Part shown: positions 1 to 6,652 of the stretch, one piece after another
Layout: each line of letters opens with the position of its first letter
How positions within the stretch are numbered: position 1 is the stretch's first letter
DNA from: an uncultured virus (IMG/VR IMGVR_UViG_2061766007_000422)
Taxonomy: Duplodnaviria; Heunggongvirae; Uroviricota; Caudoviricetes
Length of the DNA stretch: 38,019 nt
Strand: one strand, 5' to 3'
IMG/VR virus record: IMGVR_UViG_2061766007_000422
The notes under the pieces: generated by a model
The model's input: only the letters and a program-made list of their open reading frames with translations
Database searches by the model: none
What the model was told of the DNA's origin: nothing
Position numbers and translations under genes: made by a program

Positions 1-37
1 TATAACGTTTTCCCGCGATTAGTTCAATTTTCTTCAT
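1..37 (-). CDS. 5' end of a gene running off the window (MKKIELIAGKRY...)
   Basis: ATG at 37 preceded by GAAAGGGGAG RBS and the promoter at 62-90. Confidence 0.7.
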   Translation of the reverse strand, partial: MKKIELIAGKRY

Positions 38-61
38 TCTTATCTCCCCTTTCATAGATTT

Positions 62-90
62 ATTATATCATAAAATTTAGAAAAAGTCAA
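62..90 (-). promoter_or_regulatory. sigma-A/sigma-70-type promoter
   Basis: TTGACT-N17-TATAAT with extended -10 TG; one of 11 similar copies. Confidence 0.85.
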
Positions 91-92
91 AT

Positions 93-121
93 AAAAAAAA
101 TAGCGGCAAAACCGCTATTTT
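93..121 (-). terminator. intrinsic terminator ending the tRNA transcript
   Basis: AATAGCGG/CCGCTATT hairpin followed by a T-run on the minus strand. Confidence 0.75.
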
Positions 122-126
122 AAACT

Positions 127-202
127 AGACCAGTTATGGAATTGAACCATTTCATTTTTTATAGCAAAAAAAATCCTAACCATAAAATTGCTGTGCTGGC
201 CT
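127..202 (-). ncRNA. stem-ACAGCAA short RNA with a T-loop hairpin (Y-RNA/tRNA-mimic candidate)
   Basis: AGGCCAG/CTGGTCT terminal stem, ACAGCAA after the 5' strand, ATGG-TTCAATT-CCAT T-arm-like hairpin. Confidence 0.55.
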
Positions 203-229
203 TAAATTATTATTATAAAAGGATATACT

Positions 230-286
230 CGACCCATTTAAATTTTCCTAAATAGCAAAGAATAAAAATAATGGCTGTGTGGGTCG
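230..286 (-). ncRNA. stem-ACAGC short RNA
   Basis: CGACCCA/TGGGTCG stem, ACAGCCA, internal TTGCTA; starts 3 nt after tRNA-Gln. Confidence 0.5.
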
Positions 287-289
287 AAA

Positions 290-361
290 CAGCGGTTGTT
301 GGGGTCGAACCAACTTAACACGGGTCAAAGCCGTGTGCCCGAACCGTTAGGCGAAACCGCT
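290..361 (-). tRNA. tRNA-Gln(TTG)
   Basis: AGCGGTT/AACCGCT acceptor, CACGG-CTTTGAC-CCGTG anticodon arm, GTTGG-TTCGACC-CCAAC T-arm; CCA not encoded. Confidence 0.92.
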
Positions 362-944
362 AAATATAATGCCATGTAAAGCCAAAAGCTGTTTTTACTA
401 TATTTCGTGCGGCTTTAGAAATAGAACTCATTATACCTTTAACGATTGTTGAGCTAGAATAATTATTTTCAATAATCCATCTTGCTGCTTCTCCTTGACT
501 ACCAAAGGTTTTTATCAATGTATCATTTTTATAGCAACTTATTGGTTTACCTTGAGTTTCATAAGCAATGCTTTCAGACGATTTAATTGGTATTTTAGCA
601 TTATGAAGAATATGGCATACAGAATCACGACAAGCTCCTGTTATACGTGCAGTTTCTTTAATATTATGAACTTGTTCATATGTAGCAATAATTAAATCAT
701 AATCTAAATAAGGCTTTCCATCACCACCTATAGTGGCATTATAGCCATATTTGAAACTTCGATAAAATTCAATCCAATAAGTTTCTCTATCACATAACAG
801 TGAAGTATCTTGTACTTCTTCTACTTGTTCAATATGAAAGTGTTCAATTCCATATTTATTCATTGCACGATAAAGAGGTCTACTTTTTGTATGTAATTTT
901 TGATAATCTTGTTTATGTTCTCTCCATCGTTCTTCTATAGTTAA
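360..944 (-). CDS. GIY-YIG homing endonuclease (5' end lost in the N gap)
   Basis: Frame extends upstream of 863 (LTIEERWREHK...LYRAMNKYG); RE.YWI, GYN.T.GG motifs; NUMOD1-like C-terminus (TAFGFTW). Confidence 0.85.
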   Translation of the reverse strand, partial: LTIEERWREHKQDYQKLHTKSRPLYRAMNKYGIEHFHIEQVEEVQDTSLLCDRETYWIEFYRSFKYGYNATIGGDGKPYLDYDLIIATYEQVHNIKETARITGACRDSVCHILHNAKIPIKSSESIAYETQGKPISCYKNDTLIKTFGSQGEAARWIIENNYSSSTIVKGIMSSISKAARNIVKTAFGFTWHYI

Positions 945-954
945 NNNNNNNNNN

Positions 955-991
955 CTTCTCGCAGTTTGCGTAGCCAGTCAAGTATGCTCAT
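955..991 (-). CDS. 5' end of a small gene truncated by the N gap (MSILDWLRKLRE...)
   Basis: GGAGG RBS just upstream of ATG at 991. Confidence 0.5.
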
Positions 992-1067
992 ATGTCCTCC
1001 TGTTCAATGCGTTGGATTGCGTTGCAAGTTAGTTGCAAGTAGGTTGCAACTTAAAGTGCCTTTAAGT

Positions 1068-1216
1068 TGTCTGCGGGTGAGGATTTGCACCTCACATGAT
1101 AGCCTTTTCGCCGATGTAGGGTCGCATGACTTTCGTCCTTCTTTTCGGGTGGTAACGTTACCTCCACCCTCGTGACTATCTCCCTCTAACCCGTCTACCT
1201 ATTCCGTCACCGCATA
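1068..1216 (-). ncRNA. tRNA-like RNA with the anticodon/variable region replaced by a ~90-nt structured domain
   Basis: Leu-type D arm GACGGAATAGGTAGACG, T arm GTGAGG-TGCAAAT-CCTCAC, TGCGG/CCGCA acceptor-like stem, insert closed by GATAGTC/GGCTATC. Confidence 0.7.
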
Positions 1217-1219
1217 AAA

Positions 1220-1343
1220 TATCTAGCCGGAGTATTACTATTGCACCTGCGCGCGCCAGAGTTGCACTGGCAGCACTAGCTGACTCGAACAACACCGCAT
1301 AATACTATTCTACTCCTTTTCTGTGTTTGCACCCGTCTAGATA
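1220..1343 (-). ncRNA. structured RNA with two T-arm-like hairpins
   Basis: TATCTAG/CTAGATA and AGTATTA/TAATACT stems enclose GTTG-TTCGAGT-CAGC and GCCAG-TGCAACT-CTGGC. Confidence 0.6.
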
Positions 1344-1345
1344 AT

Positions 1346-1439
1346 TGGTTTGGAGTGCCTTTACCATCATTTTTGCAATATCTGTTTCACTACTAATGCC
1401 GTAGCACGTGATACTAACATTTGAGCTTAATGGCTCCAA
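1346..1439 (-). ncRNA. CCA-ended non-cloverleaf RNA
   Basis: TTGGAG/CTCCAA stem followed by ACCA; inner stem GCCATTA/TGATGGT; begins 1 nt after tRNA-Lys. Confidence 0.5.
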
Positions 1440-1440
1440 G

Positions 1441-1512
1441 TGCGCCTGGCGAGGATCGAACTCGCGTTCATAGATTAAAAGTCATGTGCTCTACCGACTG
1501 AGCTACGGGCAC
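1441..1512 (-). tRNA. tRNA-Lys(TTT) with an irregular anticodon stem
   Basis: D arm GCTCAGTCGGTAGAGC, loop CTTTTAA, T arm GCGAG-TTCGATC-CTCGC; stem CATGA/TC(T)ATG needs a bulge. Confidence 0.85.
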
Positions 1513-1516
1513 AAAA

Positions 1517-1601
1517 CGGAAGATGAAGGAGTCGAACCTTCGAGCCCTCTCGGGCCGACGCGTTAGCAGTGCGTTGCCTTAAGCCACTCGGCCAATCTTC
1601 C
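1517..1601 (-). tRNA. tRNA-Ser(GCT)
   Basis: GGAAGAT/ATCTTCC acceptor, loop CTGCTAA, long variable arm GGCCC-GAGA-GGGCT, T loop TTCGACT. Confidence 0.95.
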
Positions 1602-1607
1602 ATAAAC

Positions 1608-1663
1608 GCGGCAGTAAAAATAAGAATTTACAGTCCTTGTAATATTATTGCTATTTCTGCCGC
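1608..1663 (-). ncRNA. stem-ATAGCAA short RNA carrying a Tyr(GTA)-like anticodon hairpin
   Basis: GCGGCAG/CTGCCGC stem, ATAGCAA, AAGGA-CTGTAAA-TTCTT hairpin, no D or T arm. Confidence 0.55.
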
Positions 1664-1670
1664 AAATAAG

Positions 1671-1708
1671 TCTCCTAGTGGTGCGCATTATGAAGAGGCG
1701 TAAGGAGA
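1671..1708. other. compact stem-loop between GIY-YIG gene and tRNA array
   Basis: TCTCCT/AGGAGA outer stem with inner CGC/GCG hairpin; GC-rich island in AT-rich context. Confidence 0.4.
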
Positions 1709-1718
1709 ACGTAATTAT

Positions 1719-2648
1719 TTATACTATATATTTCCAATGAAGTTTTTCTTTAGTTTCTGGATGTTTTCCTGCAGATTTATAGCTACCTCTACCGGCTAAA
1801 TAATCCTTAATAGGGCTGCTACTTTTTAAACCACACCAATTTGCTGCTTCACGCACGGAAGGAAAAATTTGTTGTGTTTCAATACATTGAACCATTTTTC
1901 CTAAATGCTGGGGAACTGCTGGCAATTTATCCAATTTTTCTTTTGACCACTGGTAGCCATATGCTAAATTTTGATTATTATCTTTATGTAATGCACGACT
2001 AATATTGGTTTCACAGCCAGCATAAGTCTTTCCAATAGCTCTACAAGCACTAGTGATAGAAGGATAAGAAGCAATATATTTGCCATCTATTGAATATTGG
2101 TGAATTTCAATAACATCTGAAAAATATATTTTTTGATTTTCAGAAAAATTATATTTTTCGCCAACTTTTATTTTTCCTTGTTTTATTGCACGAATAGCGC
2201 CGCGAGAATGGCTTGTTGTGGCATTATAATCATGATAACCTTTTAAACGATATTGTACGAGTGTATGACCGCATCCAACGATTTCTGTAATTTCTTTTAC
2301 ACTATAACCATCATCCCATAGTTGTCTTATTAAAATTGGGTCAAAAATCCAACTATTTTCACCTTGTCCGCCTTTGGTAGAATTATATCCATTATTAAAA
2401 GAATCATAATAATTTATCCAATAACGTTCTTTAGCGTCTAATACACTTGAGTCTAAATTACATTCTTCAATTACTTCAAAGATAAAATTATCAATTCCGT
2501 CTTCTTCCATCGCAGGATATAATTTTCCATTTTTTCTTTTATTTTTAGCCTCATAAATATGTTGTATCCAACGATTTTTTATATCAATACTTTGACCAAT
2601 ATAAACTTTATTATTTAAAATATTTGTAATTTTATAAATACCAATCAT
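1719..2648 (-). CDS. GIY-YIG homing endonuclease with HTH/NUMOD-like C-terminal repeats
   Basis: GIYKITN..VYIGQS..RW..H, ERYWI, GYNST.GG; ATG 2648 preferred to GTG 2657 on RBS spacing. Confidence 0.92.
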   Translation of the reverse strand: MIGIYKITNILNNKVYIGQSIDIKNRWIQHIYEAKNKRKNGKLYPAMEEDGIDNFIFEVIEECNLDSSVLDAKERYWINYYDSFNNGYNSTKGGQGENSWIFDPILIRQLWDDGYSVKEITEIVGCGHTLVQYRLKGYHDYNATTSHSRGAIRAIKQGKIKVGEKYNFSENQKIYFSDVIEIHQYSIDGKYIASYPSITSACRAIGKTYAGCETNISRALHKDNNQNLAYGYQWSKEKLDKLPAVPQHLGKMVQCIETQQIFPSVREAANWCGLKSSSPIKDYLAGRGSYKSAGKHPETKEKLHWKYIV

Positions 2649-2654
2649 AATTTT

Positions 2655-2730
2655 CACCCCATTAAAAATTATTGGCTGAGTGATGGGGCACTCTTATCCC
2701 GTATAGGCGGCCAAACCTTCCGTTTCCCAA
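2655..2730 (-). promoter_or_regulatory. structured leader with an anti-SD loop upstream of GIY-YIG gene
   Basis: GAGTG-CCCCAT-CACTC hairpin whose loop is complementary to the RBS ATGGGG; homologous to 6473-6555. Confidence 0.6.
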
Positions 2731-2738
2731 AATATAAG

Positions 2739-2855
2739 TGCTACCGAGTAGATTCGAACTACCACTGCGTAGATTTTAAAAACCAGTGTAAGTGATGACC
2801 TTACTTCGCTCTGGCTACCGGTTGTCTACTGCCTCTGCCGTTGGGCTACGGTAGC
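2739..2855 (-). tRNA. tRNA-Leu(TAA) interrupted by a 44-nt insertion (2780-2823) in the anticodon loop
   Basis: GCTACCG/CGGTAGC acceptor, D arm GCCCAACGGCAGAGGC, T arm GGTAG-TTCGAAT-CTACT; removing the insert gives GTAGA-CTTAAAA-TCTAC. Confidence 0.85.
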
Positions 2856-2866
2856 ATTTTTTATAT

Positions 2867-3082
2867 TTATATTCTATCTTCGTAATCTTCCCCAAACACT
2901 TCTTCTATGCTTTTTTCCGAATATCCAAGTGCTCGCGCGAAAATCTTACACATACGCTGAAGATTACCAATAGTAGATTTATCTTCTGCTACATGAAAAT
3001 TTATATCAACATCATTAGCAAATTCATTGGTATCATTCCAATACTGAAATTCAAAATGTTCGTTACGTTCAATTTCTTTCAT
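2867..3082 (-). CDS. hypothetical protein
   Basis: ORF in operon, GAGG RBS before ATG 3082. Confidence 0.7.
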   Translation of the reverse strand: MKEIERNEHFEFQYWNDTNEFANDVDINFHVAEDKSTIGNLQRMCKIFARALGYSEKSIEEVFGEDYEDRI

Positions 3083-3086
3083 TATT

Positions 3087-3302
3087 TTAATCCTCTTCAT
3101 CTATTAAACTATCCAAAATTTTTTCACAGAGTGGCATAGTAGCAGGAAAAGTAAAAATACAAATGAAAATAAGCCACCATCGCTGGAAAATTAGCATCAA
3201 TACGGCTGGAACAGTAAAAGTAATTATACCAATCAATACTGTTAAATATAGAATTTTCATCATTTCTTTAAAATTTTTCCAATATTGTTTCATTTTTACC
3301 AT
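3087..3302 (-). CDS. small membrane protein (two hydrophobic segments)
   Basis: Hydrophobic stretches ILYLTVLIGII... and WWLIFICIFTF; overlaps the upstream stop. Confidence 0.7.
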   Translation of the reverse strand: MVKMKQYWKNFKEMMKILYLTVLIGIITFTVPAVLMLIFQRWWLIFICIFTFPATMPLCEKILDSLIDEED

Positions 3303-3481
3303 TCCCTTGCTTCTTTAACAACACAAATCATTTTACAATCAGGACACTGAATAAAAGGAGTTGGAGCAACAAAAAAGGTCATAGTTTTTATATCATCTGT
3401 GGTAAAACGAAATCTACAACCACATTCGGGGCAAGTCTTTTCATATACTTGAAAATTTCCATGCTTTATAACCGTAATCAT
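3296..3481 (-). CDS. zinc-ribbon protein
   Basis: CPECGC...CPDC; first gene after the promoter at 3512-3540. Confidence 0.8.
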   Translation of the reverse strand: MITVIKHGNFQVYEKTCPECGCRFRFTTDDIKTMTFFVAPTPFIQCPDCKMICVVKEAREW

Positions 3482-3511
3482 TTTATTACTTCCTTTCCCT
3501 TTACTATAACT

Positions 3512-3540
3512 ATTATACCATAAATTTTGAAAAAAGTCAA
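3512..3540 (-). promoter_or_regulatory. sigma-A-type promoter
   Basis: TTGACT-N17-TATAAT with TG. Confidence 0.85.
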
Positions 3541-3572
3541 TTAATAAAAATCACTTTAACCATATTTCTCTT

Positions 3573-3722
3573 CTATTTTCCTCTCCAACTATTAAACCAA
3601 GGTTGCCACATAGGACCAGGCTTAGTATCTTCTTCAATTATTTTGTGTATTAAATGTAATAGCCATACTGTAATACAACTTCCTACTCCTAATATCCATA
3701 TCAATATTATGCCTTTTGCCAT
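3573..3722 (-). CDS. 49-aa single-pass membrane protein (not in ORF track)
   Basis: MAKGIILIWILGVGSCITVWLLHLIHKIIEEDTKPGPMWQPWFNSWRGK; GGAGG RBS. Confidence 0.6.
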   Translation of the reverse strand: MAKGIILIWILGVGSCITVWLLHLIHKIIEEDTKPGPMWQPWFNSWRGK

Positions 3723-4150
3723 TCTTCTACCTCCACATTATGCGCCCGCAACCAATCTTGAACCGGCCATCTCTCAGAGCAAGGATTGTCATATTTTTCA
3801 AAAAATATAAACGCAAAATCAAAATCTTCTATTTTAGGAAAGTCGGCGCATAAACGAGCGCGCAAATCAAGTAAATGCTCCATAAATTCATTAAAATCAA
3901 TGGCATCTAATTGCTTGCGATACTCGTGTAAAAATGCGCAGTCTTTAGGATGTTTAGGCTGACATTTACCGTTACAAAGACCATCACAATTCACGCCTGG
4001 GCGCAAAGGCGGACATCTTAAACTAATAACACCATTATTGTCAATTCCGCCAACATTATACCATTTTGGTTCCCAAACTACTGTTGAAAGCGCAACAAGA
4101 TTTTTAGGAAAATTGCGCACCTGTCCCCAATAACTAGTATATAATTTCAT
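3707..4150 (-). CDS. DUF488-like protein
   Basis: N-terminal YTSYW and C-terminal F.EK..NPCSER..V.DWL resemble phage DUF488-type proteins (recalled pattern). Confidence 0.55.
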   Translation of the reverse strand: MKLYTSYWGQVRNFPKNLVALSTVVWEPKWYNVGGIDNNGVISLRCPPLRPGVNCDGLCNGKCQPKHPKDCAFLHEYRKQLDAIDFNEFMEHLLDLRARLCADFPKIEDFDFAFIFFEKYDNPCSERWPVQDWLRAHNVEVEEWQKA

Positions 4151-4244
4151 TCCTCTTGTAAATCCTCATCAAACATCCAACTATCTTTACTATCTTCGCG
4201 CGCTTGTTCTATTTCGGCCCGTAGTTCTTCATCACTTGTATCTT
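4147..4244 (-). CDS. 3' fragment homologous to the end of 4268-4528
   Basis: ...EELRAEIEQAREDSKDSWMFDEDLQEE vs EEIKAEILKVREDCKDSWVFD; cut by N gap. Confidence 0.6.
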
Positions 4245-4267
4245 NNNNNNNNNNTTGACCCCAATAA

Positions 4268-4528
4268 CTAGTGTATAATTTCATTCTCATCCTTCCACTG
4301 ATGCCAATATTCCACATCAAACACCCAACTGTCTTTACAATCTTCGCGCACTTTTAGAATTTCTGCTTTTATTTCTTCTGGAGTTTTTTGCCCAAGTATA
4401 GCATAAAAATCATCTAATAATTTACTTAACTCTACACTGCTCAAGGGCTCATACTTTCCAAATACAATTGGTTTTATTGGTTTATCTAAACCTTCATGCA
4501 TTTTTACTTCTGAAATATCAAGAGACAT
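4268..4528 (-). CDS. hypothetical protein
   Basis: ATG 4528 after AAGGGG RBS. Confidence 0.7.
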   Translation of the reverse strand: MSLDISEVKMHEGLDKPIKPIVFGKYEPLSSVELSKLLDDFYAILGQKTPEEIKAEILKVREDCKDSWVFDVEYWHQWKDENEIIH

Positions 4529-4529
4529 A

Positions 4530-4754
4530 CTACCCCTTCTTCGCAATAAACTTCATTTCAATTGTAGTACCTTCTGGAATAGTATAATTCTGAAAATAAT
4601 TTGTAGGTAAATGACACATAATACTCGCGCCTTCCTTAACAAAGCACTTCTGATATTCTTCATTTCCATTTTCTTTAAGAGTGCGCATAAGCCATTTATA
4701 AATAGATTCTATAAATTCTGTTTTTGTTGTGGTTGAATCCAATTTTTTAGTCAT
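4530..4754 (-). CDS. hypothetical protein
   Basis: AAGGAG RBS, first gene after the promoter at 4786-4814. Confidence 0.75.
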   Translation of the reverse strand: MTKKLDSTTTKTEFIESIYKWLMRTLKENGNEEYQKCFVKEGASIMCHLPTNYFQNYTIPEGTTIEMKFIAKKG

Positions 4755-4785
4755 TATAATTTTCTCCTTTACTCTTTCTAAAATA

Positions 4786-4814
4786 ATTATACAATAATTT
4801 TAGAAAAAAGTCAA
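4786..4814 (-). promoter_or_regulatory. sigma-A-type promoter
   Basis: TTGACT-N17-TATAAT. Confidence 0.8.
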
Positions 4815-4824
4815 ATAAAAAAAC

Positions 4825-4883
4825 TAGACGGGTTTAATAAAATAACAAATTTCGTTTAAAACAAAAATTGCTGCACCCGTCTA
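4825..4883 (-). ncRNA. stem-GCAGCAA short RNA (may also terminate transcription)
   Basis: TAGACGGGT/ACCCGTCTA stem, GCAGCAA, AT-rich interior, followed by a T-run. Confidence 0.55.
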
Positions 4884-4894
4884 ATAAGATAATT

Positions 4895-4947
4895 ATCACG
4901 GCATAACCTAGGATACAGTGCCCAATATAAGGCGCTGTTGCCGCGAT
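4895..4947 (-). ncRNA. structured element in tRNA-Pro trailer
   Basis: ATCGCGGCA/TGCCGTGAT stem enclosing ACAGCGCC..GGCACTGT hairpin. Confidence 0.4.
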
Positions 4948-4989
4948 TTTCTCACACATCCGCAATATTCGTAGCCTTGCGGCGGCTAG

Positions 4990-5062
4990 TCGAGATGGCA
5001 GGCTTTGCTCCTGCGACAAACGCTCCCAAAGCGCACATGTTACTGAACTACACTACATCTCG
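4990..5062 (-). tRNA. tRNA-Pro(TGG) with atypical T loop
   Basis: CGAGATG/CATCTCG acceptor, loop TTTGGGA, GCAGG-AGCAAAG-CCTGC T arm. Confidence 0.88.
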
Positions 5063-5077
5063 ATAAAATGGCCGTGA

Positions 5078-5608
5078 TTACGGCCATTCTTCTGATAATT
5101 CAGAAAAAACTGGGTCTTCTATATTAGTGCAATAATATAGATTAGGACGTTCACCAAATACATCCAGTGCAATATCCTGATATAAAGTAGAACGATTACC
5201 AAAGTAATCACTCAAATTATCGGTATAATACTGCACAACTTGTTTATTGAAGACAACATAAGTAATACCATCAAGTAACATTACACCATGAATGGTCTTG
5301 GCAAAAGCAAAAGCGCCATTGCCATTAAAGGCGGCTTCATAAAGATCATCAATAGGCGTATCATCATCAATAGTGGCTTCCTCACCATTCGCGGGAACAA
5401 CCTGTATCTTAAGCTTAATGTTACCAAATTCATACTCTTCGGGGAGCAGAATAGTTAGCGCAGCGGCCTTGTCATCATCATCTACGTAAAGCTTAACTTC
5501 ATAGTTATCTTCATCAAAGATGACGTGAACCTCTGGGTCATACTTGAAAAGTGCGGCAATCTGTGAATAACGAATACACCAACCAGGGCTTAGTTTTAGT
5601 CTTGCCAT
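5078..5608 (-). CDS. hypothetical acidic phage protein
   Basis: 176-aa ORF, AAGGAG RBS. Confidence 0.8.
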   Translation of the reverse strand: MARLKLSPGWCIRYSQIAALFKYDPEVHVIFDEDNYEVKLYVDDDDKAAALTILLPEEYEFGNIKLKIQVVPANGEEATIDDDTPIDDLYEAAFNGNGAFAFAKTIHGVMLLDGITYVVFNKQVVQYYTDNLSDYFGNRSTLYQDIALDVFGERPNLYYCTNIEDPVFSELSEEWP

Positions 5609-5611
5609 ATT

Positions 5612-6466
5612 TTATATCTCCTTATCAATAAATTTCCAACCAAATCCTTTTGATGTTTTTAATATACCACGACAAACTCTACTAAGTGTAGAAACACAAC
5701 CGTTTATTTCTCTTGCCGCAGTAGACAAAGAAGGAAAGGTTTTTATTATTTCATTTGTATTTAAATCTATTTGTGCAACTGCACGAGCGGTCATATCTCT
5801 AGTTTTATTTGGAAGTTGTACTTCCCAAAAATAATCTTTGTAAAAATTATGATGTGTTGACAAACCTTCTCGAAAAGTTGCCCTACAAACTCCTAAAGAT
5901 ATCGCTGCTTGAGCCAAAGAAGAAAATTCTTCAATTGCTTCAAACGTAATTGGGTCTCTTTTTATAATTTTTTTAGCATATGGCATATATGAACTTTTTG
6001 CATTTTCTTTGCTTCGTTCTAATTTTTCTTCTGTAGTTATACCATTAGAACTTAATACTATACCAACTGCTGATGGACTACAAGAAACTATTTCACTAAT
6101 TTGCTTAATACTGAAACCTTCTTCCCATAATTCTGCAATTTTATTATGGTCATGTAAGTTATGTCCATCTCCACCCAATGTTAAATTATAACCATTATTA
6201 TAACTGTCATAATATTCTATCCAATATCTTTCTCGTTCATCTAATTGTTCAATAGGAACTAATTCAATAATTTCATAATTAAAATTTTCATTACCATATT
6301 CTCTAATTGCTTTATAAAGAGCTGAATTATTATATTTTTTCCAATTTGGGTGTAAAGCTGCACTTTTATGTGCATACCATCTAGTATAAATATCGCAACT
6401 TTTTCCTATATAAACTTGATTATTTATTTTATTAGTAATTTTATAAATTCCGCTTAAAACTTTCAT
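5612..6466 (-). CDS. GIY-YIG homing endonuclease with NUMOD1-like repeats
   Basis: GIYKITN..VYIGKS, ERERYWI, GYNLTLGG; two F.SL..AA...WE/WK repeats. Confidence 0.92.
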   Translation of the reverse strand: MKVLSGIYKITNKINNQVYIGKSCDIYTRWYAHKSAALHPNWKKYNNSALYKAIREYGNENFNYEIIELVPIEQLDERERYWIEYYDSYNNGYNLTLGGDGHNLHDHNKIAELWEEGFSIKQISEIVSCSPSAVGIVLSSNGITTEEKLERSKENAKSSYMPYAKKIIKRDPITFEAIEEFSSLAQAAISLGVCRATFREGLSTHHNFYKDYFWEVQLPNKTRDMTARAVAQIDLNTNEIIKTFPSLSTAAREINGCVSTLSRVCRGILKTSKGFGWKFIDKEI

Positions 6467-6472
6467 TATTAT

Positions 6473-6555
6473 CAACCCCTACTTGATAATAATATAAGGC
6501 TGAATAATAGGGGTATTCTTATCTCATAAAAGAGCGACCTTTATGCTACCCTTAT
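6473..6555 (-). promoter_or_regulatory. structured leader with an anti-SD loop upstream of GIY-YIG gene
   Basis: GAATA-CCCCTAT-TATTC hairpin, loop complementary to the RBS TAGGGG; homologous to 2655-2730. Confidence 0.6.
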
Positions 6556-6570
6556 ATTATTTAAATATAA

Positions 6571-6652
6571 ATTAGACCTATTTTGACCTGCTCTACCAGC
6601 TGAGCTACTTGTGCAAGCACAAGGTTGGGTTCGAACCGGTAGATAAGCTAAT
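6571..6652 (-). ncRNA. circularly permuted tRNA module, YrlA-type Y RNA candidate
   Basis: 5'->3' order: GGTTCGAACC T loop, loop-closed acceptor stem CTTGTG-CTTG-CACAAG, D arm TAGCTCAGCTGGTAGAGC; closed by ATTAGCTTAT/ATAGGTCTAAT. Confidence 0.75.

Noticed and set aside
2774..2824. Ochre suppressor reading (TTA) of the interrupted tRNA; stop-codon recoding
   Set aside because: The GTAGA/TCTAC stem fixes a 7-nt loop with TAA; long genes are not broken by in-frame TAG or TGA
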